Shown here piece by piece: positions 48,074-56,744 of a stretch of DNA of 64,000 nt. The translations under genes and the position numbers were made by a program. Origin of the DNA: Allomuricauda sp. (GTDB taxonomy: Bacteria > Bacteroidota > Bacteroidia > Flavobacteriales > Flavobacteriaceae). The notes under the pieces were generated by a model that was not told where the DNA came from, did not search any database, and saw only the letters and a list, made by a program, of their open reading frames with translations. Location: assembly GCA_050303195.1 (NCBI GenBank), contig JBNLBG010000006.1, positions 953-64,952 on the forward strand, given 5' to 3'. Every line of letters begins with the position of its first letter. Position 1 is the stretch's first letter.

Positions 48074-48838
48074 CTATCCGGCCAAATAGAAATTGTGCTC
48101 CAAGATTTCCCTTTTCAAGTAGTCTACATCAACAATGCCTATTCGCTTGCCTTTTGTATTGATAAGGTTTTCTCTTTTAAGTGCGGAAAACGTCCTGATG
48201 ACCTGTTCTTCGGTTGTTCCGGCATAATCGGCATAATCCCTTCGACTCAGGGGTACATCAAGAAAGCCATTGGATTGCCCAAATTTTCGGTTGATGTACA
48301 ATAAAGTATCAATGACCCGCTCCCTAACGGTCATTTGGGAGAGTGACTTTACCTTTGCTTCGCTTTTGTTGAGTTCGTTGGCATAAAAAAGCATTAGATC
48401 ATAGGCAAATGACGCGTCGCTCTTCAGCACTTCTTGGAGCAGGTCCTTTGAAAAGTAGCAAAGGGTTGAATCTTCAAGGGCGATTGCCCCAATGGGGTAG
48501 AATTCTTCGGTGCCAAAACCACGATGGCCAATGATTTCCCCTGCTTTGGCAAAGCGAACAATTTGTTCCCTTCCGTTGATACCAGTTCTAAAAACTTTCA
48601 CCTTGCCTTTTAGGATAAAGAACAATCCGTTTACCGGGGCCCCTTCAATAATGAACTGTTGCCCTTTTTTACACCGGATATCATTTTTACGTTCCATAAA
48701 CTTCGCAACAACGGGGGAGCCAATGTTTTTTTTCAACAAACAATATTCATTATTGCAACGGCTGCACGAGGTGTCTGACATGGATGGTTTTCCATGTCTC
48801 TCCTTGATTTTGGGTCCGTATGCCTCGTAAAATTGCAT
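48074..48838 (-). CDS. Crp/Fnr family transcriptional regulator with an FNR-type cysteine pattern
   Basis: N-terminal C-x2-C-x4-C (CSRCNNEYC) plus a Cys in ALEDSTLCYF, the position equivalent to E. coli FNR Cys122 (ALETSMVCEI). cNMP-like beta-roll. The C-terminal HTH contains EEQVIR. Alternative start at 48781. Confidence 0.75.
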   Translation of the reverse strand: MQFYEAYGPKIKERHGKPSMSDTSCSRCNNEYCLLKKNIGSPVVAKFMERKNDIRCKKGQQFIIEGAPVNGLFFILKGKVKVFRTGINGREQIVRFAKAGEIIGHRGFGTEEFYPIGAIALEDSTLCYFSKDLLQEVLKSDASFAYDLMLFYANELNKSEAKVKSLSQMTVRERVIDTLLYINRKFGQSNGFLDVPLSRRDYADYAGTTEEQVIRTFSALKRENLINTKGKRIGIVDVDYLKREILEHNFYLAG

Positions 48839-48848
48839 CAGGGTCTAA

Positions 48849-50267
48849 TTATTTTGACTTAACATAAACAGGCTTGGGTTGTCCGGCTTTTCCAATTTTC
48901 TCTTCTCTTTCATCGGCAGTTGAGAATTTAATGGCCAATGACATAAATGCCGTTACCACTACAAATGCACCTATAATAAAGTATCCGCTAGAAACGGCTG
49001 AAGATGCAGCTGAGGCTTGGGCCGCTTTTACAGCCTCTTCACCCAATGAAGCATTGACCTTTATTGCGGCTGTTTCTGCCAGGGCCGATTTCGATTTCAA
49101 CAAAAGGGCGGCCAAAAAAGCCCCTACATTACCCCCAGCTCCCACAATACCTGATATGGACCCAATTGCTTTCTTATTGATAAAGGGAACCACAGAGAAC
49201 GTTGCTCCTTCCGCCATTTGAACGGTTAAACTGAATGCCACCAAAAATAGTATTCCAAAAGCTATACTGGTGGTCACAGAAAAAATGGAGAGCATGATGC
49301 CCTCAACGCCCAAGATAAGTGCCAAGAAAAGTACACGCCCTCTCAGTCCTTTCATTTTTCCAAACCGATCACCAAAGAAACCGCCCAAGGTTCTGGCAAA
49401 AATATTCATCAAGGCAAATGACAGAACCAAGTTACCAGCGGTTGTTCTATTAAGGTGAAATGTGTTTTGGAGATAATCGTCCATAGTTCCATATACCGTA
49501 AGTTCCATTCCAAAGCAAGCGGCATAGACTATGAACAAAATCCACACCCTATAATCTGTAAGGGTTTTCAAGAATGGAATCTCATCTTTCTTTTTTATGG
49601 GCAATTCTCCCTTTTCCTTTAACTCGGAAAAATTTCCTTCGGGCGTATCCTGAGTGAAGAAATAATAAACAATCCCCATGACAAAACAGATGATACCTGC
49701 TATGACCATGGAATAACGCCAAGCTATTTCATCTGCCACACCAAAGCTCACCACAGCGGCAGCGATCAAGGGCATTCCTAAGCGGTTGGCCCCTCCACCG
49801 AGGTTTCCCCAACCTGCGGAAGTAGCATTGGCGGTTCCCACAATATTTGGAGCAAACATAATTGAGGTATGAAATTGGGTAATTACAAAAGAGGCTCCAA
49901 TAAATCCGATAAAAAGGCGACATACTAAAAATTGCAAAGGTGTTTGCACAAAACCAATAAGAATAACAGGTAGTGCCCCAATGGTCAACAAAAAGGTATA
50001 ACATAATCTTGGACCGTATTTATCACATAGTTTACCGATAAGAAGTCGTGCAAAAACGGTTCCTGTTACCGCTAAAATGACCGAATTCCATTTTTGGTTC
50101 GGTGTCAATCCCAAATCCCTTACTACATCCGGCATAAACGGAACAATACCGAACCAAGCAAAGAAGCAGGTGAAAAATGCTATTGAGGTAATCCAAAAAG
50201 TTCTGGTTGGAATACTTTTAAAGTTTAATAGATTTAAAGCAGTGGCTTTTTGAGATGTAACGGACAT
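48849..50267 (-). CDS. narK: NarK/NasA family MFS nitrate/nitrite transporter
   Basis: I chose the ATG at 50267; the track start at 50291 is TTG. 12 TM. GWGNLGGG and GIVGAGGNVG are the two nitrate-signature (NS) motifs. Confidence 0.85.
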   Translation of the reverse strand: MSVTSQKATALNLLNFKSIPTRTFWITSIAFFTCFFAWFGIVPFMPDVVRDLGLTPNQKWNSVILAVTGTVFARLLIGKLCDKYGPRLCYTFLLTIGALPVILIGFVQTPLQFLVCRLFIGFIGASFVITQFHTSIMFAPNIVGTANATSAGWGNLGGGANRLGMPLIAAAVVSFGVADEIAWRYSMVIAGIICFVMGIVYYFFTQDTPEGNFSELKEKGELPIKKKDEIPFLKTLTDYRVWILFIVYAACFGMELTVYGTMDDYLQNTFHLNRTTAGNLVLSFALMNIFARTLGGFFGDRFGKMKGLRGRVLFLALILGVEGIMLSIFSVTTSIAFGILFLVAFSLTVQMAEGATFSVVPFINKKAIGSISGIVGAGGNVGAFLAALLLKSKSALAETAAIKVNASLGEEAVKAAQASAASSAVSSGYFIIGAFVVVTAFMSLAIKFSTADEREEKIGKAGQPKPVYVKSK

Positions 50268-50296
50268 GATACTTAGCTTTGTTTGAAACAAAAATA

Positions 50297-50321
50297 AGTA
50301 TTAATACGTATTTTTACGTAC
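50297..50321. promoter_or_regulatory. AGTATTA arm plus tandem TACGTA cores upstream of narK
   Basis: AGTATTAaTACGTAtttttACGTAC. Cores at 50305-50310 and 50315-50320, 10 bp apart. The proximal core lies 8 nt from a perfect -7 element TATTTTTG read on the minus strand (50296-50289), 21 nt before the ATG at 50267. Confidence 0.55.
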
Positions 50322-50454
50322 TTTCTAAAGCCAAACTATAGATTGACGCCGATTTTTATGAAGTTCATAATCTAAGGGAAGAAAATAATGGAAATGAAAA
50401 AAATATTCCTTTTTTTATTCGGAATTGAGAAATTAAAATAGGTTGATTGTCTAT

Positions 50455-51219
50455 CTAAAAGGAAGAGTGCAAAACCCGCATAACTTCTTCTTCAAAAAAG
50501 GAAGGGTGGTCTGCCACCACATCACCCACAACAATGATTCCCGGTTTTGATACATCAATGGATTCAAGCATGGCTTTTGCATTGTTCAATGTGTCGGTAA
50601 TGCAGGATTCTGTGGCTAACGTTCCATTTTGAATTACTGCTATCGGAGTCATTCCGCTTCGGTATTGCCCTATTTTACAGGTGATTTCCGCGAATCTTCG
50701 TATGCCCATCAGTATAATAAGTGTTGCTGAAGATTGGGAGGCCAAGCTTAAATCTTCTGAAAATCCACCGTCTTTTCTCGTTCCTGTTACTACCCAAAAA
50801 CTGCTGCTAACCCCTCTTTTGGTCACGGGAATACCCTGGCTTTCGGGTACAGCAATGGCACTGCTAATCCCAGGAACCACATCAATGGGTATTCCAAAAG
50901 ATTCCACATAATCTATTTCTTCGGAGGCTCTACCAAACACAAAGGGGTCACCTCCTTTTAACCGTACGGCATGGCCATATTGAAACGCACTTTCCACAAT
51001 CAACCGGTTAATTTCATCTTGGCTATGACTGTGCTTTGAGCATCTTTTACCTACGTATATTTTCGGTATGCCAAAGTCAACCTCAGCAAGTAGGTCTTTA
51101 TTGGTCAAGGCGTCGTACAAAACAACATCTGCTGACTTCAAAGTCCTCAAACCCCTTACTGTTATTAGGTCTGGACTACCTGGCCCTGCTCCCACCAAAC
51201 TCACTTTAGCTTCCATCAT
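50455..51219 (-). CDS. cobA: uroporphyrinogen-III C-methyltransferase (siroheme branch)
   Basis: 254 aa. VGAGPGSPDLITVRGLRTLKSADVVLYDAL and RLKGGDPFVFGR are SUMT motifs. Confidence 0.9.
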   Translation of the reverse strand: MMEAKVSLVGAGPGSPDLITVRGLRTLKSADVVLYDALTNKDLLAEVDFGIPKIYVGKRCSKHSHSQDEINRLIVESAFQYGHAVRLKGGDPFVFGRASEEIDYVESFGIPIDVVPGISSAIAVPESQGIPVTKRGVSSSFWVVTGTRKDGGFSEDLSLASQSSATLIILMGIRRFAEITCKIGQYRSGMTPIAVIQNGTLATESCITDTLNNAKAMLESIDVSKPGIIVVGDVVADHPSFFEEEVMRVLHSSF

Positions 51220-51271
51220 ATCGCGGTATTTTGATTTTCAATAAAAATTTTTATGAATCTGACAACAAAAA

Positions 51272-51277
51272 TACGTA
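51272..51277. promoter_or_regulatory. TACGTA core overlapping a minus-strand -7 element for cobA
   Basis: The minus strand reads TACGTATTTTTG. TATTTTTG (51273-51266) is a perfect TAnnTTTG, 46 nt before the cobA ATG (51219). Confidence 0.45.
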
Positions 51278-51294
51278 ATTATTTTTAAATAATC

Positions 51295-51326
51295 AGTATT
51301 AAATTACGTAATAATACTTAGTTTTG
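51295..51326 (+). promoter_or_regulatory. nirB promoter block: AGTATTAaatTACGTAaTAATACT followed by the -7 element TAGTTTTG
   Basis: Core at 51305-51310, 8-nt spacer, -7 element at 51319-51326, ATG at 51351. 20 of 22 nt are identical to the narK promoter block. Confidence 0.55.
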
Positions 51327-51340
51327 AAATGTATTTCAAA
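51323..51340. promoter_or_regulatory. 8+2+8 palindrome TTTGAAATgtATTTCAAA overlapping the nirB -7 element and the expected transcription start
   Basis: Perfect arms at 51323-51330 and 51333-51340. The position suggests an operator. Confidence 0.35.
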
Positions 51341-51350
51341 TTTCATGTGT

Positions 51351-53870
51351 ATGAAAACTGTAATTGTAATAGGTAACGGTATGGTAGGGTATAAGTTCTG
51401 TGAGAAGTTCAGGGCTCATCCTGCAAATTCTTCATTCAGGCTTCTTGTTTTTGGTGAAGAACCTAGACCTGCATACGACCGGGTGCACCTAAGCGAGTTT
51501 TTTGAAAATCAAGATGCCAAAGCATTGGAATTGGCACCCGCTTCTTGGTACAAAGACAATAACATTGAACTTATTACAAATCAAAGAGTTACAGACATTA
51601 AGAGTGACTCCAAAGAAATACACACGATATCAGGTGATTCCTTTTCGTATGACCACTTGGTACTTGCTACAGGTTCTGTTCCTTTTGTGCCTCCTATCAA
51701 GGGTGTTGAAAAGGAAGGGGTTTTTGTGTACAGAACCATTGAAGACCTTGAAGGCATGTTGGCTTATGCTGCCCAGATAAAAGCCATTAAGCCAAACGGT
51801 AAAGCGGCTATACTGGGAGGTGGACTCCTAGGGCTAGAAGCGGGAAAAGCTGTTTTGGATATGGGATTGGAACCTCATGTAGTGGAATTTGCACCAAAAC
51901 TTATGCCCAGACAATTGGATGCGCGCAGTAGTAATGTATTACAACTAAAATTGGAATCCATGGGCATGCAGATTCACTTGGGCAAAGCCACCAACCAAAT
52001 ATTGGGTGATAAGGTCATAGAAGGAATGGATTTTGGTGAAGATGACCAATTGGATGTAGATATGCTCATTATTTCCGCAGGAATTCGTCCAAGGGACGAG
52101 CTTGGAAAAACCTGCGGATTGGAAATGGGTACGCGTGGCGGAATTGTAGTAAACAACAAAATGGAAACCTCCGAAAAAGATATATATGCCATAGGAGAGG
52201 TAGCCCTTTACAACCACATGATATATGGGCTGGTGGCTCCTGGTTACGAGATGGCCGATGTAGCCGTGAACCAGATTCTGGGAAATCCAGAAACTATGAT
52301 GCCAGATGAAATCGACATGTCTACTAAACTAAAATTAATGGGGGTTGATGTAGCCAGTTTTGGAACACCCTATATGCCCGCGGACAAAGGCCTTTCCATT
52401 ATTTTTGAGAACAAGACCAAGTTCCTCTATAAGCGCATCAATGTTAGTCACGATGGTAAAACATTGTTAGGCGGCATTTTGGTTGGGGATGCAACTGACT
52501 ACAACATTTTGCACCAGATGTACCTAAACAATATGCCTTTGCCCGACAATGCTGAGGAATTGATTGTGGGCTCCCGCGGTGAAGGTGGCTCCGCTTTTGG
52601 CAGTGCCATGGATTTACCGGATACGGCCCAAATCTGTTCCTGTGAAAGCATCAGCAAAGGAGATATCTGCAGTTCCCTTATTGAAGGTAAATGCAATTCC
52701 TTAAAAGAAGTTGTCGGTCTTACCAAAGCCACAACAGGATGTGGAGGTTGCAAACCCATGGTAACCGATTTGGTCAACGAAACTCTTAAATCCCTTGGAA
52801 AAGAAGTTAAAGATGTTATTTGTGAGCATTTTGAATACACCCGCCAAGAATTGTATGGCATAATAAAGGTCAAAAAAATAACAACCTATGATGAAGCTTT
52901 GGACAAATGTGGAAAAGGAGATGGTTGTGAGGTTTGCAAACCAGCATTGGCATCCATATTTGCCACCATATATAATGATACTGCCAACAAGGAAGAGGTT
53001 ATTCAAGATTCCAATGATCGATTCTTGGCCAACATCCAAAGAAATGGGTCCTATTCAGTGGTACCACGGATACCAGGTGGAGAAATTACACCGGAAAAAT
53101 TAATTGTCATTGGAGAAGTGGCCAAAGAATATAATCTGTATACCAAGATTACCGGCGGACAGCGTATAGACCTTTTTGGGGCCGAACTGAACGACCTTCC
53201 CGCCATATGGAAAAAATTAATCGATGCCGGTTTTGAAAGTGGTCACGCTTATGGTAAATCATTACGTACCGTAAAAAGCTGTGTGGGTTCCACTTGGTGC
53301 CGCTACGGAATGGATGAAAGCGTAAGTTTTGCCATTGAGCTTGAAGATCGCTATAAAGGATTGCGATCTCCCCATAAACTTAAAGGAGGGGTCTCTGGCT
53401 GCATTCGCGAATGTGCCGAAGCCCGGGGCAAAGACTTTGGTGTAATTGCGGTAGAGGGTGGTTGGAACCTTTATGTCTGTGGAAATGGGGGCGCTACTCC
53501 CAAACATGCACTCTTGCTCGCCGAGCAAATAGATAACGAAACCGTTATAAAATATTTGGATCGCTTTTTAATGTACTATATCCGTACCGCTGCACCTTTA
53601 ATGCGTACAGCCGCATGGTTGGAGAAGTTGGAAGGCGGAATAGAACAGCTTAAAAAAATTGTGGTGGATGACAGCTTAAACATCGCCGAAGAGCTGGAGA
53701 TAGAAATGCAATCCTTGGTCGATAAATACGAATGTGAATGGAAACAAGCTGTGGAAAATGAAGAAATCAAAAAACGTTTCTCACATTTTGTAAATACCGA
53801 TGACAGGGATGATAATATAGTTTTTGTGCCCATGCGTGAACAAAAAATGCCAGAACCATGGACCAACTAA
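51351..53870 (+). CDS. nirB: NAD(P)H-dependent assimilatory nitrite reductase large subunit
   Basis: I chose the ATG at 51351 (MKTVIVIGNGMVGYKF); the track start at 51324 is TTG. FAD/NAD Rossmann folds, BFD-like CSCE...GCGGCKP, and a siroheme/4Fe-4S region SCVGSTWCRYG ... GCIRECAEA. Confidence 0.95.
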   Translation: MKTVIVIGNGMVGYKFCEKFRAHPANSSFRLLVFGEEPRPAYDRVHLSEFFENQDAKALELAPASWYKDNNIELITNQRVTDIKSDSKEIHTISGDSFSYDHLVLATGSVPFVPPIKGVEKEGVFVYRTIEDLEGMLAYAAQIKAIKPNGKAAILGGGLLGLEAGKAVLDMGLEPHVVEFAPKLMPRQLDARSSNVLQLKLESMGMQIHLGKATNQILGDKVIEGMDFGEDDQLDVDMLIISAGIRPRDELGKTCGLEMGTRGGIVVNNKMETSEKDIYAIGEVALYNHMIYGLVAPGYEMADVAVNQILGNPETMMPDEIDMSTKLKLMGVDVASFGTPYMPADKGLSIIFENKTKFLYKRINVSHDGKTLLGGILVGDATDYNILHQMYLNNMPLPDNAEELIVGSRGEGGSAFGSAMDLPDTAQICSCESISKGDICSSLIEGKCNSLKEVVGLTKATTGCGGCKPMVTDLVNETLKSLGKEVKDVICEHFEYTRQELYGIIKVKKITTYDEALDKCGKGDGCEVCKPALASIFATIYNDTANKEEVIQDSNDRFLANIQRNGSYSVVPRIPGGEITPEKLIVIGEVAKEYNLYTKITGGQRIDLFGAELNDLPAIWKKLIDAGFESGHAYGKSLRTVKSCVGSTWCRYGMDESVSFAIELEDRYKGLRSPHKLKGGVSGCIRECAEARGKDFGVIAVEGGWNLYVCGNGGATPKHALLLAEQIDNETVIKYLDRFLMYYIRTAAPLMRTAAWLEKLEGGIEQLKKIVVDDSLNIAEELEIEMQSLVDKYECEWKQAVENEEIKKRFSHFVNTDDRDDNIVFVPMREQKMPEPWTN

Positions 53871-54259
53871 ACACAAATAATATGGAAACACTATTTCAAC
53901 AGTACGCTACTGTTGCTTTGGAAAAGGTAACCGTTTGGTTTAAAGCCTGCCATGAGCGGGACATACCAGAAAATGGTGGAGCATGTATTAAATATAAGGA
54001 CAAGCAAATAGCCGTATATCATTTTAAACGAAAACAAAAATGGTATGCCTGCCAAAACCTATGTCCCCACAAAATGGAAATGGTTTTGAGCCGTGGTATG
54101 ATCGGTGACGCGGAAGGGATAGCAAAAGTAGCCTGCCCCATGCACAAAAAAACATTCTCTTTGGAAACAGGAGAAAACCTCAACGGAGATTTGCCCTCAA
54201 TTGCCACTTTTCCCGTAAAAGTGGAAAATGGCTTTGTGTATATTGGTTTTTCTGAATAG
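53858..54259 (+). CDS. nirD: nitrite reductase small subunit (Rieske-fold)
   Basis: 133 aa. NLCPHKMEMVLSRG ... ACPMHKKTFSLETGE follows the NirD pattern. An alternative start at 53882 avoids the 13-nt overlap with nirB. Confidence 0.85.
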   Translation: MDQLNTNNMETLFQQYATVALEKVTVWFKACHERDIPENGGACIKYKDKQIAVYHFKRKQKWYACQNLCPHKMEMVLSRGMIGDAEGIAKVACPMHKKTFSLETGENLNGDLPSIATFPVKVENGFVYIGFSE

Positions 54260-54279
54260 CTTTAGAAAAATCATAAATC

Positions 54280-54870
54280 ATGGGCAAATCCAAAAAGCTT
54301 TTGGAAGCATTTCAATTATTTGATAAGGCCAATGCACAAGACCCCAATAAAGAAGTTTTTGAGGGTAAGGAATACGCCAAGGAACTTTTGTATGCACAGC
54401 GTATGACAGAAACCTTGAAGGAGTTTGAACCCAATGCCTCCGAAGCACTGCAGCTTACCGCGCGTTGCCAGCACATTTGCCGTTGGGAAATACCCCGGGA
54501 ATCCTATGAAATGAACCGAGTAGGCTATTTAAAATGGAGGCAGGACCTCAAAAAGTTTCACGCGGAAAAAGCAGGTGCCCTATTGAAAAAAGTAGGCTAC
54601 GATCAGGAAATTATAGACCGGGTCAGTTTTTTGCTCTTGAAAAAACAATTGAAGAAGGATGAAGAGACCCAAACTTTGGAAGATGTAATCTGCTTGGTTT
54701 TTTTAAAATATTACTACGAACCTTTCCTAATAAAGCACGATGATGACAAAATGATTTCCATTTTACAGAAAACTTGGAAAAAAATGTCGCCGAAGGGCCA
54801 TGCAGCCGCATTGGCACTATCTTTTTCCGATAGAGGTTCTGCCTTGGTCTCAAAAGCACTATCGGATTAG
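54280..54870 (+). CDS. DUF4202-like protein of unknown function
   Basis: 196 aa. RCQHICRWEIPRESYEMNRVGYLKWRQDLKKFHAEKAGALL resembles DUF4202 as I recall it. The family name is not verified. Confidence 0.5.
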   Translation: MGKSKKLLEAFQLFDKANAQDPNKEVFEGKEYAKELLYAQRMTETLKEFEPNASEALQLTARCQHICRWEIPRESYEMNRVGYLKWRQDLKKFHAEKAGALLKKVGYDQEIIDRVSFLLLKKQLKKDEETQTLEDVICLVFLKYYYEPFLIKHDDDKMISILQKTWKKMSPKGHAAALALSFSDRGSALVSKALSD

Positions 54871-54875
54871 CACAC

Positions 54876-54881
54876 TACGTA
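54876..54881. promoter_or_regulatory. single TACGTA core 17 nt upstream of the sensor kinase ATG
   Basis: cacacTACGTAatttgg lies in the 27-bp spacer after the DUF4202 gene. Confidence 0.3.
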
Positions 54882-54897
54882 ATTTGGATGTAAAGCA

Positions 54898-56733
54898 ATG
54901 AAAAAGAGCAATCAGCAGCAAGCATTGGATGTCTCAACATTTTTGAGAATCCGTAAATGGTATCTATTAGCCCTTTCTGCCATTGCCCTTACGGTTATCA
55001 TTGCCCAAATTCTGATACAACAGCACCTTAATTCCCAATTGAGCGATTCCCGTGTGATTAATGTGGCGGGTCGTCAACGCGCCTATAGCCAAAAATTGGT
55101 CAAGGAGGCTTTGCTGCTCAACCAAGAAAATCTTGGAGACAGCGAACAACAAGAACTCTTAGATAAGCTGAAAAACACACTTTATGTCTGGAAGACATCC
55201 CATGAAGGGCTCCAAAAGGGAAATGACAGCATTGGACTTCCCAAGGAGGAAAATGAAGCCATACTTCAACATTTTAAGGAGCTTTCCATACACCATAATG
55301 CCATGGTCAATGCCGTGGAGTCCATGCTATCGGAACAAGACTCATTGAAAAATCAAGCTCAATTGAACATTTTACTGGCCAACGAAGCCCCTTTTCTTGA
55401 GAAAATGGATGCCATTGTAAACGAGTATGATACCATCAGCAAGGAAAAACTACAGAATTTGAAGGTGAAGGAATATTTGCTGTTGGTCTTTTCACTATTG
55501 ATTTTAATCTTGGAAGTGCTCTTTATTTTTAGACCGCTTTCCATACAAATCAGGGAAACCATTCGGGATTTGGTGAAAAGTAAATTACGGTCAGATCAAG
55601 ATGCCAAGGAAATCAAGAAAATATTTGAAGAGAAGGAAAAATCCCTTCAAGAGTTGAAGGAGTTAAACTTTGTGATTGACAATGCTGCACTTTTTGCCAG
55701 TGCCCGTAGCGATGGTTCCGTTGTTTTTATCAGTAAAAAGTTCATGACGCTCCTGGAAGAAACCAAAATCCCACCAAATGTGCACTTATCTGAGATTTTG
55801 ACAGTGGATGAGGGGCAACGACAATACCTACATGAGGTTTTGACCAAGCCTCGCAAAAGCATCCGAACCGAGGAAATTGAGATAAATACCAAAGCTGGGA
55901 AAAAACTTTGGTTAGACATGTCCATTATCCCCATGCACCCCTCGAGTTTAAAACAAAGCGTTTTATTGTTGTGTTCGGACATCACCGAACGCATGAACAA
56001 TCAGAAAAAAGTGGAACAGCTCACACTTCAGAATTACGAAGACCGGATGCGTCAAAAACAATTGCAGGCCAGCCTTATTGTTGAAGGTCAGGAAGAAGAA
56101 CGAAAGCGAATTGCCAAGGACATTCACGATGGTATTGGACAAATGCTTACGGCATTGCGGTTCAACATTGAATCCATCAACCTAAAAAACAAGGAAAAGA
56201 CCAAGGAAAAAATTGATTACCTAAAAAGTCTCACCTCAGACCTCATCAAAGGGGTACGCACCGCAACTTTTAACCTAACCCCACCTGAACTGGGTGATCA
56301 CGGAATCTTTCCCGCTTTGCAAAAAATGACCTCTGAATTGAGCAAATTGACCGGAAAAAACATTTTATTTGAAAATAAGGCCGAGGAGAACATCCGTTTT
56401 GACTCGCTGGCCGAGACCAATATTTATAGAGTTACCCAAGAAGCGGTGAACAATGCCATAAAATACGCTGATGCCAATTATATTTTGGTGACCATTAACC
56501 ATACCGGGGATCTGTTGAGTGTGGTCATTGATGATGACGGAAAGGGGTTTGACCCATCCATTCTGGAAAAACCACCTAAAAATAGCAGCGATGGTGGAAT
56601 GGGTGTGTTTTTTATGAGGGAACGCATCAGTTATATTAATGGTAGGCTTTTCATCAATTCAACTCTAGGAGAAGGAACCCGGGTCACCATAAATTACCAT
56701 CTTGGTGAAACCCTGCAAGAAGTAGAACAATAA
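54898..56733 (+). CDS. NarX/NarQ-like sensor histidine kinase (PilJ/P-box-type periplasmic domain, PAS, HisKA_3, HATPase)
   Basis: 611 aa. [15 protein letters not shown] is a P-box-like motif after TM1. A second TM follows, then a PAS-like region, [22 protein letters not shown] (HisKA_3) and an N/G-box HATPase. Confidence 0.85.
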   Translation: MKKSNQQQALDVSTFLRIRKWYLLALSAIALTVIIAQILIQQHLNSQLSDSRVINVAGRQRAYSQKLVKEALLLNQENLGDSEQQELLDKLKNTLYVWKTSHEGLQKGNDSIGLPKEENEAILQHFKELSIHHNAMVNAVESMLSEQDSLKNQAQLNILLANEAPFLEKMDAIVNEYDTISKEKLQNLKVKEYLLLVFSLLILILEVLFIFRPLSIQIRETIRDLVKSKLRSDQDAKEIKKIFEEKEKSLQELKELNFVIDNAALFASARSDGSVVFISKKFMTLLEETKIPPNVHLSEILTVDEGQRQYLHEVLTKPRKSIRTEEIEINTKAGKKLWLDMSIIPMHPSSLKQSVLLLCSDITERMNNQKKVEQLTLQNYEDRMRQKQLQASLIVEGQEEERKRIAKDIHDGIGQMLTALRFNIESINLKNKEKTKEKIDYLKSLTSDLIKGVRTATFNLTPPELGDHGIFPALQKMTSELSKLTGKNILFENKAEENIRFDSLAETNIYRVTQEAVNNAIKYADANYILVTINHTGDLLSVVIDDDGKGFDPSILEKPPKNSSDGGMGVFFMRERISYINGRLFINSTLGEGTRVTINYHLGETLQEVEQ

Positions 56734-56744
56734 ATAAAACGGCT

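Noticed and set aside
50308-50321. NtcA-like GTA-N8-TAC reading of the narK site (GTAtttttacgTAC)
   Set aside because: Only this one site fits GTA-N8-TAC. The other TACGTA sites do not, so NtcA-type recognition does not explain the motif family.
50356-50370. 15-bp palindrome TTATGAAgTTCATAA between cobA and narK
   Set aside because: It is a single occurrence in AT-rich DNA with no similar site elsewhere in the window. It cannot form a stable hairpin (1-nt loop) and has no clear positional logic.
51323-51340. nirB palindrome TTTGAAATgtATTTCAAA as an FNR site
   Set aside because: Its TTGA and TCAA arms are separated by 8 nt rather than the 6 nt of FNR-type boxes, and it overlaps the -7 element. 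I list it as a separate candidate operator.
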